Shown: positions 28,208 to 38,063 of the stretch, piece by piece | How positions within the stretch are numbered: position 1 is the stretch's first letter | Layout of the letters: each line of letters begins with the position of its first letter | Origin: a virus | Virus record (IMG/VR): IMGVR_UViG_3300025413_001393 | Span: 61,103-125,102 of that record | DNA: 64,000 nt | Direction: 5' to 3' (one strand) | The notes under the pieces: generated by a model | What the model was told of the DNA's origin: nothing | Seen by the model: the letters and a program-made list of their open reading frames with translations, nothing else | Database searches by the model: none | Translations under genes and position numbers: made by a program

Positions 28208-28825
28208 TCAAGCTTTTATTAACTTCTTTACATCGTCAAACGACAGACCATCATTTGCAGCCTCATCAAATACATTGTACATTTCATTTACAAGTTCGTT
28301 CATACGCTCTTTATACTGTAAAAGCTTTTTGTATTTGTTAATGTCTTCGAGATGCAAAGTTTCGTTTTCTAACAACGAATTTGCTTCCATTAAGTCTATT
28401 TTTGAACCGAGATACTTCTTCAGACGAATGATAGTTTTAATCATTGGAGAATAAGCGGCTAATTCAGCTTCAGACAGAGGAGCTTTTAATTTGTTTCCGT
28501 TCTCATCTATAATGCCTAGTTTGTAAGCTTGTAGATCTTTGAACTCCTTTTTAAGTTCATTGATAAAAATTTCGTTTTCGAGAAAGCCTTGCACCGATTC
28601 TTTAAACATACTATTGTAATTTATACCGTGAATGTGCAAATCGCTTGTTGGATTGACATGACAGCCTTTTCCATAATTTGTTGATCCACAATAAGCACAT
28701 TTTTTAGGATCATCAGGAAAATAGTGAACCCCATAAGGTGCATATCTGCATCCTTTTCCGCGTGTCGTTGAACCACAATAAATACAACGACTCTGCTGAG
28801 GTTTTGGCTGATTAGTGGGTTGCAT
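28208..28825 (-). CDS. conserved T4-like hypothetical with N-terminal CxxC repeats
   Basis: two C.YCGST..GKGC repeats; AYKLGIIDENG motif. Confidence 0.6.
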   Translation of the reverse strand: MQPTNQPKPQQSRCIYCGSTTRGKGCRYAPYGVHYFPDDPKKCAYCGSTNYGKGCHVNPTSDLHIHGINYNSMFKESVQGFLENEIFINELKKEFKDLQAYKLGIIDENGNKLKAPLSEAELAAYSPMIKTIIRLKKYLGSKIDLMEANSLLENETLHLEDINKYKKLLQYKERMNELVNEMYNVFDEAANDGLSFDDVKKLIKA

Positions 28826-29162
28826 TTTCTGCTGCGTTATTATAATTTTGCTGCTGCGTTTGTTGACTGTTATGAGTATCAATCTTCTTCAGTACGTCAG
28901 CAAGACCTTGAGGGTTTTTATCAGCAAGATCGTGTAAAGTTTGTAAAACGTCTTCAGGTTTTAGCTGAGCAGTTTGTTGATTAGCCTGAGTTGGTGTAGG
29001 AGTAGGCTGCGGTTGACCACTCGCTGAAGGAGTTGGTTTTTGAGGTGAGGCTGAACTTGTTTGAATTTGATTGCTACCTGTTCCGGTTGTCGCGTTAGTT
29101 GGATTGGAAGGTGTATTTTCGGCTAAGTATTCGTCGCAAAGTTCATCAAAGGTTTTCTTCAT
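28812..29162 (-). CDS. Q/T/P-rich low-complexity protein
   Basis: MKKTFDELCDEYLAE start, TAAATA upstream. Confidence 0.6.
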   Translation of the reverse strand: MKKTFDELCDEYLAENTPSNPTNATTGTGSNQIQTSSASPQKPTPSASGQPQPTPTPTQANQQTAQLKPEDVLQTLHDLADKNPQGLADVLKKIDTHNSQQTQQQNYNNAAENATH

Positions 29163-29215
29163 GCGTATATTTAAGGATTTTACTGAAAAATCTCCACAAA
29201 ACGATAATTACTCTA

Positions 29216-30733
29216 ATGATAGATTTAACAAAGATTGTTTCCGAAGAACTTATTAGTGAATTTGGACATATTGGAAACGACTCTAATGATATGGGCGGAA
29301 GTGTGCATGCTTTGTCGTTTGCAGCCAATTCTCCGCATGTTAAAACTACAGCTAGTGTTGCTGGAATGGTTCATAAAGCAGGTCGCAAAGCTTCGAAACT
29401 TAAAAAGAAGAAGCTCAAGCAAAGACATCTTAAAGAATCTAATTATTTTAACGATTTGGTATCAGAAGAAATAACAGGCACCGGATCTACTGCAAAAGGA
29501 AGCTTTATTGACTTTTATACTGATCCAAATCAACTTAAACTCATAAAAAACAAGTTTAAAACGGTCTTTGGTATAAATTCGTGGCCAAATCCTAATCCTC
29601 TTTTAGCTGAAGTCGACGATCTCAAAGTAAGACAAAACCAAAAAAAGTTTAATGAACATAAAAACGAATTACCTGTAATCGATTTTTGCTTTTATGTAAT
29701 TGAAAATTTATTTTCAAATAGTGCTTCTGAAATTTATAAAACATCAACGCTTGTTACTAAACAAGATATAGATAATATTGAAAAAAAATATTTAGATTTG
29801 TTTGATGCGGAAAATACAAATTTGACATCGGTTTCCGATCCTTCAAATTTTATTGCGGTTAGTATAAAAGGAAGATTTTATCAAGGTCAAGGTACAGGCG
29901 ATATAAATTTGGGCAAAAAATTTATTGACGAATCTAAAGCTCTATCAATTATTCAAGTAATCAAAGAATGTCTAAAAAAGCACGTTAGACCAGATAAAAA
30001 TGCAAGCGAAAAAAACTATAATAACGTTTTAGGATTAGTTTATAATGCCAATAAAAACAGTAACATACCCGCTGACGTAGAAGCCTATTTTCAAGCTCTT
30101 GATGGAAAAAGTTTACTGCAAATTGGTATTGCTGCAAAACAATATTACGATTACGAAGTTGGCCGTTTAGGTTATAAGATTAAAGACCCAAATGCAGCAT
30201 TTATAGCATTTTTAAATAATAATCCGATAGCAACAATACCCAACACAGACACAAAAACATTTCAATGGAGTAAATTTGTTGTTCTACCTAAAGCTGCTAC
30301 ACCACCACCAGCAGCTCCTGAAGTAGTTACTAGCTCGTATCGATTTGACGATGTTTATCAAAGAGCTTTGTTAGGCGAAAGTCCTGATAACAGAACACCT
30401 GAAGATGTCAATGCAAGAAAAGTACAAACACGAGTAGCAACTTCAAACGCTGCTAGCAAAAGTAGTGGTTTCAATGCGTTTTCGAAAACAGCTACCCCCA
30501 CTAACGAAACGAGTATGCCACCAGAAAACGGCTATACCATTGGCAATTTAATAACAGATGCTACAGAAAATAAAGTTCCTTCAGCAAAAACGTTGTACGA
30601 TATGCTTATAAGACTTGCTGGTTACGTTAAAACTAATCAAAAAGGAGATTGGAAAGAAGTAGCAGGAGGACTAGGTCAGGTTGCACAAGGTATATCTTCT
30701 ATGGGACCTAAATCTAGCGGACCTTTAATTTAA
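29216..30733 (+). CDS. large hypothetical (candidate virion internal protein)
   Basis: 505 aa from ATG 29216; IVSEE/LISE and LKE/LVSEE putative processing sites. Confidence 0.65.
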   Translation: MIDLTKIVSEELISEFGHIGNDSNDMGGSVHALSFAANSPHVKTTASVAGMVHKAGRKASKLKKKKLKQRHLKESNYFNDLVSEEITGTGSTAKGSFIDFYTDPNQLKLIKNKFKTVFGINSWPNPNPLLAEVDDLKVRQNQKKFNEHKNELPVIDFCFYVIENLFSNSASEIYKTSTLVTKQDIDNIEKKYLDLFDAENTNLTSVSDPSNFIAVSIKGRFYQGQGTGDINLGKKFIDESKALSIIQVIKECLKKHVRPDKNASEKNYNNVLGLVYNANKNSNIPADVEAYFQALDGKSLLQIGIAAKQYYDYEVGRLGYKIKDPNAAFIAFLNNNPIATIPNTDTKTFQWSKFVVLPKAATPPPAAPEVVTSSYRFDDVYQRALLGESPDNRTPEDVNARKVQTRVATSNAASKSSGFNAFSKTATPTNETSMPPENGYTIGNLITDATENKVPSAKTLYDMLIRLAGYVKTNQKGDWKEVAGGLGQVAQGISSMGPKSSGPLI

Positions 30734-31718
30734 GAAGCTTTTGCTTTAATAAAGCCTCTTGACCCACAGCAGAATTCTTTACTACGAACTGCCAAGGTAT
30801 TTCGTCAATTTCTAAACTGCAGCAGATTTCGTTGAAGTCTTTAAACTTGCTGAATTCTTTAGGCCAGATAAATATACGTTTGTTCTGCTTGATGTGTTTC
30901 TCAATACGTTTAGCAGTCTGCTCATTATTCTTATCGTTGTCAAAGACATAAATCTTTTCATAACCAATAAGATTATTAAGAGTAGTTTCTTGCTTTTCAG
31001 TAGGAGACAAAGAAGCAACAGCAACTCCGTTTTTAACAAACATCGAATCAATAGGCCCTTCAAATATAAACACATGAGGAATCTCAGACGTCACGTTTGC
31101 AATATTAAAAATTTCTTTCTCACCAAACTTTGTGAGATACCTTGGCATTTCTTTTTCTGATAATGATCTCGTTTGATAACATACTACCTTTTTGTTAGTA
31201 TCAAAAAACGGAATAATAAGCCTGTTCTTATGAACTTTATCTTCTAAAGATATATAGAACTTTTTACAACTATTAACTGCAGTAAGAAGCCTTCTACTTC
31301 TAATGCATTTTTGAGCTAGCATTACATAGTCGTCATCAAAGAAGTATTTGACTTGGTTATCATCTGTTAGATCAATTGAATTCTCAGGAAGATCTGGAAG
31401 CTCTAAAGGCTTTACTGGTTCCTGAGGAAGTTTAAAAGGTGTTCCTTCTCCCTTTTCATTATTTCTTTTAATGATCTCTGGCATTGTGAGACCAGTAACT
31501 TCTTTAACCCATTCAAGCAATCTCCAAGACTTACAACAATTGTGGCAATAGAAGTATTCCTTGTTTGGAAAGTAGAATAAACGCCTCGAACGACCTGCTG
31601 ACTTGCCTTCCTTGCAAACAGGGCACTCAGCGTTAAAAGTATTCTGATACTTTTTGTGTATAGGTCTCTTGCAGTGAGTATAAAAGAGCTCTATTAAAAA
31701 TTCTTGATTTAATTCCAC
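30714..31718 (-). CDS. DNA primase (T4 gp61-like)
   Basis: CPVC..CHNC Zn finger, RLIIPF, FEGPIDS, FDND TOPRIM motifs. Confidence 0.92.
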   Translation of the reverse strand: MELNQEFLIELFYTHCKRPIHKKYQNTFNAECPVCKEGKSAGRSRRLFYFPNKEYFYCHNCCKSWRLLEWVKEVTGLTMPEIIKRNNEKGEGTPFKLPQEPVKPLELPDLPENSIDLTDDNQVKYFFDDDYVMLAQKCIRSRRLLTAVNSCKKFYISLEDKVHKNRLIIPFFDTNKKVVCYQTRSLSEKEMPRYLTKFGEKEIFNIANVTSEIPHVFIFEGPIDSMFVKNGVAVASLSPTEKQETTLNNLIGYEKIYVFDNDKNNEQTAKRIEKHIKQNKRIFIWPKEFSKFKDFNEICCSLEIDEIPWQFVVKNSAVGQEALLKQKLLKLKVR

Positions 31719-31754
31719 AGTATAATTTTACTGCAGGTATTAATAAAATCAATA

Positions 31755-32180
31755 CTAGACTTTCGGAGCCCCACCAGCAGCTGACTTCAAGTTATAATCA
31801 ATAAGAACTTGAACAAGATCTCCAAGACCACCAGTTACACGAACGATTGTTGTGGCTGTCTTGCCAGAAATATCAGCATAAGGAGTTCCTGGAACGTCGA
31901 GCTTTTTACAAAGACTGTTTAAACACTCTCCAGAATCGTTGTTAAGACTTTCAGAAAACTCTACAATCTTATTAATGTACTCACTAAGTGTACCAGCGGA
32001 ATTACCACCAGTAGGAGTTGGAGCAACGTCTGTGTTTTCACCCTCTGCAGGAACTGAAGGAGGTGTAGGAAGTGGAAGAGGCTCTACATCATCCATATCT
32101 TCTGGAGATGCAATATTGTTGCGTACTTCTTCGTCCTTTTCAATAACGAATACCTGATTGTAAAAATCTTCAAACTTCAT
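31755..32180 (-). CDS. hypothetical protein
   Basis: MKFEDFYNQVFVIE start; TAAATA upstream. Confidence 0.6.
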   Translation of the reverse strand: MKFEDFYNQVFVIEKDEEVRNNIASPEDMDDVEPLPLPTPPSVPAEGENTDVAPTPTGGNSAGTLSEYINKIVEFSESLNNDSGECLNSLCKKLDVPGTPYADISGKTATTIVRVTGGLGDLVQVLIDYNLKSAAGGAPKV

Positions 32181-32209
32181 ATCTATTATTTATGCTATTA
32201 CGTTAACTT

Positions 32210-33007
32210 TTACAGGTCTATGTCCTTCAAAGCAGTCATAATTTTATACTTTTCAAACATTAGCTTAATTTTTGGCTGTATATCTTCGAGTTCAAACAGT
32301 TGATAGTTATTGTTAATAACATTAAACCAAATAATTTTTGTTTTGCTAATCTTTATATTAGTATATTTCTCAATAAAATATTTGTATGTGTTAAGCTGAA
32401 TCGTATACTCGTTAATAGAACCTTCAGACATATCCTCAAACGGTTCAAGTAAGTTTCCCCAGCGACTATGTTCAATCTTTTTGTTGGTCTTGAAATCCCA
32501 AATTTCAATTGTTTGGTCTTCTTCTTTTTGAACAAGCATGTCTAGCATTCCACATACTTTAGTGTCTTCTATATCTCCAACAATAAATTCGTTTCTTAGA
32601 GGAGTATAGTGTGAATGATCGCTGTAAAAATTTTGAAAAAACTCAACTAGTTTTGGTAAATTTTCTCTGATCTTTTGCTTTTCTGCAAAGCCTAACTCGT
32701 CAGTACTACCTTCAAAAGGAGCATCGTTTTTGCAATAATAATTTTCAATATATTTGTGAAGCATTGTTCCAAGAGTTGTGGAATACAAATTATTCATTTT
32801 CCATTCAGCTTTTACAGTTTCAACTGTAACACCTCTACGCTTTGCAACTCTTGCTGCAGCATCTTCGACCTGAAACTGCTTTTTAAATAGCTTTAGAAGT
32901 CGAGTAACAGACGGACTTTTAGAATGTTCTCCGTCGATTTGATAACTATGATTTTTTTCTGTAAATTTGATTTTATCAAAGACAGAAAGTTCTTTATCTA
33001 AATTCAT
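32210..33007 (-). CDS. PD-(D/E)XK exonuclease (Cas4-like phage exonuclease)
   Basis: SVT, GT.LHKYIE, CGMLDM, IWDFKT, QLNTY. Confidence 0.85.
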   Translation of the reverse strand: MNLDKELSVFDKIKFTEKNHSYQIDGEHSKSPSVTRLLKLFKKQFQVEDAAARVAKRRGVTVETVKAEWKMNNLYSTTLGTMLHKYIENYYCKNDAPFEGSTDELGFAEKQKIRENLPKLVEFFQNFYSDHSHYTPLRNEFIVGDIEDTKVCGMLDMLVQKEEDQTIEIWDFKTNKKIEHSRWGNLLEPFEDMSEGSINEYTIQLNTYKYFIEKYTNIKISKTKIIWFNVINNNYQLFELEDIQPKIKLMFEKYKIMTALKDIDL

Positions 33008-33219
33008 TTTAACGTCGTAACTCTTTCTATTGCAAACAAGCCGTTATTTGTACCCATTTCTCTGAGAACACCAGAATGTTTTACTCCATCAATTTTCCAC
33101 ATTATCCTATCTCCATCTTCATAGTCTATTGACAACTTTATAGAGTTTTCATCTGTGTAATTCTCTGTATCGAAATAATAACGATCCCCTTCCTTGTAAA
33201 TATAATCTGCTAGATTCAT
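33004..33219 (-). CDS. hypothetical protein
   Basis: 71-aa ORF in tight operon. Confidence 0.5.
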   Translation of the reverse strand: MNLADYIYKEGDRYYFDTENYTDENSIKLSIDYEDGDRIMWKIDGVKHSGVLREMGTNNGLFAIERVTTLK

Positions 33220-33221
33220 TG

Positions 33222-33665
33222 TTAAAACTTACTAAAATATTTAAAAAAATTGTTCACTAAATACTGCTTTTGTGTTTTTGGATACCCATACTTATATTTT
33301 CCCCATACTTTTGTGTCTACATATTTATACCAGAGTGTACGTGCTATTTTATCTATTCCGTTTTCAATGTTAAATTTTCTCAAAGCTGTAAGATTAGGTG
33401 TTGAAGGATTTGTATGATATGGTAACCATTTTCTATTTTTTACAGCTGTATGATGAGCAAGTTCGTGAAAAAACGTACAAAGCAAATCTTTTTTATCTTG
33501 TTTGGTGTCTATAAAAATATTTTTATTCTTACTATTATATGAGCCGCATACAAATTTTGCTTTGTTGTTAAACGCAACTCTATTTACTCCTAAACTTTTA
33601 GCAACAATACACACTTCTCTTCTTAATTGTTTTCTTGTCAATTTATTATTATTGAACAATTTCAT
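33222..33665 (-). CDS. HExxH (ImmA/IrrE-like) metallopeptidase-domain protein
   Basis: TFFHELAHH with downstream E. Confidence 0.55.
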   Translation of the reverse strand: MKLFNNNKLTRKQLRREVCIVAKSLGVNRVAFNNKAKFVCGSYNSKNKNIFIDTKQDKKDLLCTFFHELAHHTAVKNRKWLPYHTNPSTPNLTALRKFNIENGIDKIARTLWYKYVDTKVWGKYKYGYPKTQKQYLVNNFFKYFSKF

Positions 33666-33712
33666 TAGACGTCATTTATTAAAGTATACACAGTATTAAA
33701 CTACAAACAACA

Positions 33713-34285
33713 TTAATGTACTAGATATATGTTTTCGTCTCCGTCTTTTTGGACAGAAACATTCTTATTAGTAGATCTTGCATACCTTTTAGCAAGTAGC
33801 AAATACAACGAATTTCTAGATTCATCATTTGCATCAGCAGAAAAACAAATATTATCTGAAGGTTTCAGTTTTTGATCCAAAGCAGAAATTACGGTTTGAA
33901 TAATAAGTCTAGCATTTCTCGCAACTTTAGAAGCAATAGAAGCGGTTCTGCTTCCCCATTCATATGATTCGAAGCTAATCCAATAATATGGTTCCTTTTT
34001 GATAGCTTTTGGATATTTCTGCAAAAATCCCTCAAGTGGATTATCTCCCTTTGTAATATCTTGAAGAGTAATAGAATATAAATCGTGGGTTATAAAATAT
34101 TCGTCCGGAGTACTAGATAAATCTGGATAGTTTTCTATAGCTTTATTTTCAAAGTTATACGAGAAGCCACCAACGAATGTTCCCGGAACGTTAGGAGAAC
34201 TTTGCCAATCAAAATCTATACCTTTTGCTAATGACTTACTTCCTGTAAAGGAAAACCTTTCTTCGAAATATTGTTTGAAACTCAC
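33713..34285 (-). CDS. hypothetical protein, paralog of 42152-42682
   Basis: GTG start, MSFKQYFEE; C-terminal F.A...ESR..LY..L motif. Confidence 0.6.
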   Translation of the reverse strand: MSFKQYFEERFSFTGSKSLAKGIDFDWQSSPNVPGTFVGGFSYNFENKAIENYPDLSSTPDEYFITHDLYSITLQDITKGDNPLEGFLQKYPKAIKKEPYYWISFESYEWGSRTASIASKVARNARLIIQTVISALDQKLKPSDNICFSADANDESRNSLYLLLAKRYARSTNKNVSVQKDGDENIYLVH

Positions 34286-34290
34286 TAGCT

Positions 34291-34298
34291 TATTTATA
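34291..34298 (-). promoter_or_regulatory. T4-type late promoter
   Basis: perfect TATAAATA 5 nt before start codon. Confidence 0.7.
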
Positions 34299-34339
34299 CA
34301 AATGAGAGGGCCCCAATGGCCCTCCCTGTATATGTACTC

Positions 34340-35200
34340 TTAGACTGAAATCTTACCCTTAGTTCCGTCCTTAATCAGAAGCTGCTTGAGAGCAGTATCC
34401 AGATGATTGCCCTCATGGACCAGAGCTGTCTCTGCTCCCTTCCAGAGCAACTGGTTGACTCGAACGTTGTCTCCATAGCTGCGGATCGGACGATTGAATC
34501 CCTCAATTCCTTGGATTAGGTTCTCCTGGACTCGGTTATACACCTGCCAAGCTGTATTACCAGCATCAGCATCTCGACGAACTCCAAGAAGCTTCTCGGT
34601 TGTACGACCAAGATCCTTGAAACGCTTAGGCATTTCTGGACGATAATTGAAGCGACCCTTAATTGCGTATTGAGCATAAGCAATCATTTCCTGCTCGTTC
34701 ATCTCACGATTCTTGAACTCCTCGATCGTGTTCATAATCTTAGGGAATCGGCCAGAAATCTGTCCAACTTGGTCCATGATCTCCGTAAGACGATCGTTAG
34801 TGAAACGATGCTTAGTACGAATCGTCTCTGCAGGACCAGATGCAATGATCAGTCCATTAGAGCAGACAAAGCGGAAGAAACCAATTGCAAACATAAGACG
34901 CTTAGAGCGGTCATGTGAATTGAACATTTCAATGCGAGGAATACCATCACCGCTACGGGTGTTGACATCGTTTTCGTGGACCAACGTCACACGATGCTGA
35001 GCAGTAGGGCTCTGATTCTGTGAAGTTGCATTAGTAATCCTCCAGCCATAGTCCTGGACCGTGCTGAGGATGTCTTTAGTGGAGACGAACTGATAGCGGT
35101 CGGAAACGTGTCCGGCTGGCTGAGTTGCTCCAATTGCGGGGACGCGCTGAATAGCTTCGTCGATTGTCAGTGTATTGATGTTGTTTGTGTCGTTTTGCAT
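34340..35200 (-). CDS. DUF932-family protein
   Basis: SDRYQFVST, MFNSHD.S, G.FRFVCSNG; GC-richer codon usage; hairpin terminator 34305-34327. Confidence 0.8.
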   Translation of the reverse strand: MQNDTNNINTLTIDEAIQRVPAIGATQPAGHVSDRYQFVSTKDILSTVQDYGWRITNATSQNQSPTAQHRVTLVHENDVNTRSGDGIPRIEMFNSHDRSKRLMFAIGFFRFVCSNGLIIASGPAETIRTKHRFTNDRLTEIMDQVGQISGRFPKIMNTIEEFKNREMNEQEMIAYAQYAIKGRFNYRPEMPKRFKDLGRTTEKLLGVRRDADAGNTAWQVYNRVQENLIQGIEGFNRPIRSYGDNVRVNQLLWKGAETALVHEGNHLDTALKQLLIKDGTKGKISV

Positions 35201-35282
35201 TTTGTTGTGTGTTGATTGTTTATTTACTACCCCTTTAATATCCTATACGAACAAGGACAAGGCAACACATTTTTTACACAAA

Positions 35283-35465
35283 CTAGGATTTTTTTAAAGC
35301 AACAAGCTCTTTTAGAGCATCTTCAAAAGAAACAAAACGTATTTCTTCTTGTGGTTTTACTGATTCTGGCTCCAATTCCTTTAAAATATCGGACATTCTC
35401 TGTTGTACGGTTTGTCGCAAACGCTGAACTTCCGGATCTCTTTCAACTTTTGCTCCGAAGAACAT
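35283..35465 (-). CDS. small hypothetical protein
   Basis: 60-aa ORF. Confidence 0.45.
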   Translation of the reverse strand: MFFGAKVERDPEVQRLRQTVQQRMSDILKELEPESVKPQEEIRFVSFEDALKELVALKKS

Positions 35466-35473
35466 AATTTCAA

Positions 35474-35902
35474 TTACTGCTTATTGACGTCTGGAGATGC
35501 TAAACTTGAACCATATCTTCTCTCAATATATATGAGTCTGTTGTCCAGATTGTCCATTCTTTTATCTAAACCTGCTTCAGTCTGATTAATATGCTTTAAA
35601 TCTTCTGTAAAAATACTTTGATTGTTTATAATTGTTTCTAACTTTTGCTGAGTTACTTCAAATCGTTTTTGAGATTCTGCTGCTGTTATTTTTTCGCTTT
35701 CTATTTGCTTTTCTACGAAAACCGCAAATTTATCTTGAGTTACGTAATGTTGTCCCATCCACAATGTTGCATATGAAAACATCATAAATGCTACTACCAT
35801 TACAGCTGGCTTAATAAACATTGTGTACCATTTGTTATTGTTACCTACCGAAGAAGGACTATCCAAATGTGTGAACGGATCTAACGGATTACCAAGGGAC
35901 AT
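35474..35902 (-). CDS. single-TM coiled-coil protein of lysis cassette (holin/antiholin candidate)
   Basis: one TM segment then heptad coiled coil; next to endolysin. Confidence 0.5.
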   Translation of the reverse strand: MSLGNPLDPFTHLDSPSSVGNNNKWYTMFIKPAVMVVAFMMFSYATLWMGQHYVTQDKFAVFVEKQIESEKITAAESQKRFEVTQQKLETIINNQSIFTEDLKHINQTEAGLDKRMDNLDNRLIYIERRYGSSLASPDVNKQ

Positions 35903-35938
35903 ATACGGTTATTTATCAATTTTGTGTAAGTTTTTACC

Positions 35939-36550
35939 CTATATACAGGTTTCCACTAACTTAGCTTCGGCCTCTCTACGTGCAATTAACCCGTCTAAAC
36001 CCTTACCTTCCCAAATTCTCTTCATTTTTCTGAGTTCATTAGCTATACCTGCATAATTTTTTATTGATACTAAATCTCTTATATTTCTCATTTCTATGCG
36101 GCTATCTCCGGACAACGAACTTCCACGATTAAACACTAAAGAAACAAGAGCACCATATGCATTATCGCATAACTGATCAATACCAGGAAAAGCTCTTTCT
36201 GTCAATCTAGCAAATTTAGGCCATGTTGTCTGCTCAAAAATTTTAACAGCTTGATCCCATGAAACAACAATGTCTATGTTTTTTATTTGTTTGACGTATG
36301 CTCTTCCTGTTTCACCAGTTTTACCAGATGCTTTTTGCACAGCAGATAATTGTTCATTAGATAAGAAGTGAAACATATTGGCCAACTCTGCAGCCGAATA
36401 ATAACCACAATCAATACCTATACCAAGTGTTAAACCGCTATGTCCTCCTGGCCAGGTAGGATGAGACAGATATTTGTCGTAGTAATCCTTACCACCACCT
36501 ACTTCATACTCTAAAATTAAATTTAACGCGTCTTGCGAAGGTTGTTTCAT
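35939..36550 (-). CDS. endolysin, lysozyme fold (GH24/pesticin-like)
   Basis: ILEYEVG, WPGG.SG.T.GIG.D.G, ALVSLVFNRG, GL..RR.AE. Confidence 0.85.
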   Translation of the reverse strand: MKQPSQDALNLILEYEVGGGKDYYDKYLSHPTWPGGHSGLTLGIGIDCGYYSAAELANMFHFLSNEQLSAVQKASGKTGETGRAYVKQIKNIDIVVSWDQAVKIFEQTTWPKFARLTERAFPGIDQLCDNAYGALVSLVFNRGSSLSGDSRIEMRNIRDLVSIKNYAGIANELRKMKRIWEGKGLDGLIARREAEAKLVETCI

Positions 36551-37005
36551 TGTATAAAATTGTTTTCTTGAATGTTATAGTCTGGCTCTTTAGCATTCTT
36601 TGTTAGATACTCGACAACATTTTCTAGTATGTTAGCATTTTGAGTAGCAACTTGTGTAGTCATACTAGCATTAGAAGAACTACTATATCTGAGATCAACA
36701 GCAGCCTGTACACCGAGATACGTAGCAATAATAATACTAAACACTTCCATTACTTTAGAGAAAATAGTTACAAAACCTCCTGCAATAACAGGATCTCTAG
36801 GCAATAAAAACAAAATACCGACACTCAAAAAATAAAATGTTCCAAGAATTACAAACGACGAAGCAATAACAAAGAATTTTTTAGAAGCCAAATGGTTTTG
36901 ATTTTCCATTGCTTCTTTCAAGCTTTCTGGAGTACCTGGAGGAGCCTTTCCGTATTCAAGAAAGGCCGTAGCAGAACGCATTACGGTTTCAAGGGCACCC
37001 CACAT
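36547..37005 (-). CDS. holin candidate (2 TM)
   Basis: two hydrophobic segments, overlaps endolysin start. Confidence 0.55.
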   Translation of the reverse strand: MWGALETVMRSATAFLEYGKAPPGTPESLKEAMENQNHLASKKFFVIASSFVILGTFYFLSVGILFLLPRDPVIAGGFVTIFSKVMEVFSIIIATYLGVQAAVDLRYSSSSNASMTTQVATQNANILENVVEYLTKNAKEPDYNIQENNFIQ

Positions 37006-37020
37006 ATATGTATATATTTA

Positions 37021-37224
37021 TTATAATATAGTACCAAGAATAAAACCAACTATAAAAGATACGATTGCTGCAGCCTTTGTAGGATTAGCGTGACACCATT
37101 GATACGTATGAGTAATAAGGTTGAACGTCTTTTGTTTTATTATGGGAGCTTCTACTTTTGCAGCAGATAGTTCTTTAGCTAAAGTAGATTCAATGGATGT
37201 TGTTATTTCATGTAGGTTGTGCAT
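37021..37224 (-). CDS. small C-terminally anchored membrane protein
   Basis: 67 aa, C-terminal TM. Confidence 0.5.
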   Translation of the reverse strand: MHNLHEITTSIESTLAKELSAAKVEAPIIKQKTFNLITHTYQWCHANPTKAAAIVSFIVGFILGTIL

Positions 37225-37229
37225 AAAAT

Positions 37230-37835
37230 TTAGAGAAAGAATAGTCCGTTAGCTTTTGCGTAAAAATACACACCGATTAGAGCAAGAAGACCTATAATGA
37301 TAATATTTCTCCACATTAATTCTAGATCCTTTTTATAGATTTGTTGCTGAAGATGATTGAGGTCAATGACCATTTTGTCCTTCATATCTTTTTGATGTAC
37401 AAGCTCTTTGTTGTCGATAACTAATTGATCAGCCATACGTTTGTTGTCTTGTGCAAATTGAGCTTTATCATCTCTATCTTTTAATAGTTCTGTATATTCC
37501 GTAGTTCCAATTACTACAACCTTGTCGTTCTTGTATTGAGGAGGAACAATAATAACTCTTGTTTTTTCTGCGTTTTTAGATTTTTGAACTACTGTTCCAG
37601 CTTCATAAACAGCACTAATTTTAACAGGATGTTTAGGAGGCTTAATAAATTTTGTAACTTCATTTGAATAAAAATAAGCGAGATCTACTCTTTCCTTTGC
37701 GAGAGCATCAGTAGTAGCATAAACATTTTGACTCACAGCTTCTGATTGTTTTTCGGTGTAATTTGTACAACTTGATGCAAGAAATCCAACCAAAAACAAT
37801 AAAATATAAAATATGTTTGTTTTGTTCTTCATCAA
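37230..37835 (-). CDS. unimolecular spanin candidate
   Basis: lipobox LASS-C after hydrophobic signal, plus C-terminal TM; heads lysis cassette. Confidence 0.6.
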   Translation of the reverse strand: MMKNKTNIFYILLFLVGFLASSCTNYTEKQSEAVSQNVYATTDALAKERVDLAYFYSNEVTKFIKPPKHPVKISAVYEAGTVVQKSKNAEKTRVIIVPPQYKNDKVVVIGTTEYTELLKDRDDKAQFAQDNKRMADQLVIDNKELVHQKDMKDKMVIDLNHLQQQIYKKDLELMWRNIIIIGLLALIGVYFYAKANGLFFL

Positions 37836-37886
37836 ACTATTTAGCTAAACAAAATACTTTGTAAACAGTTTATATTAAATAAACAT

Positions 37887-38063
37887 ATGGCATTATTTGA
37901 CTCTTTCTTTAAGCAAACTCCAACTCCGACCCTAGCGCCGGAATCTAAAACCATTCCAACTCCGACAGAAACGCCAACAACTACTCCAACTGTTGTTTCT
38001 GTAGTAACTAATACTTCAGAACACGACGAAAACGCTCGTCTAAGACACTTAGGCTACATTTAA
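37887..38063 (+). CDS. 58-aa Thr/Pro-rich protein (missed by ORF track)
   Basis: TAAATA then ATG; MALFDSFFKQTPTPTLAPESKTIPTPTETPTTTPT... Confidence 0.55.
   Translation: MALFDSFFKQTPTPTLAPESKTIPTPTETPTTTPTVVSVVTNTSEHDENARLRHLGYI

Noticed and set aside
5177-31718. Inteins or introns in helicase, UvsX, polymerase, UvsW, primase
   Set aside because: Protein lengths are normal, motifs contiguous, no intein termini
32210-33007. Cas4-like nuclease suggesting a CRISPR system
   Set aside because: No repeat-spacer array or other cas gene seen; stand-alone PD-(D/E)XK exonucleases are common in T4-like phages
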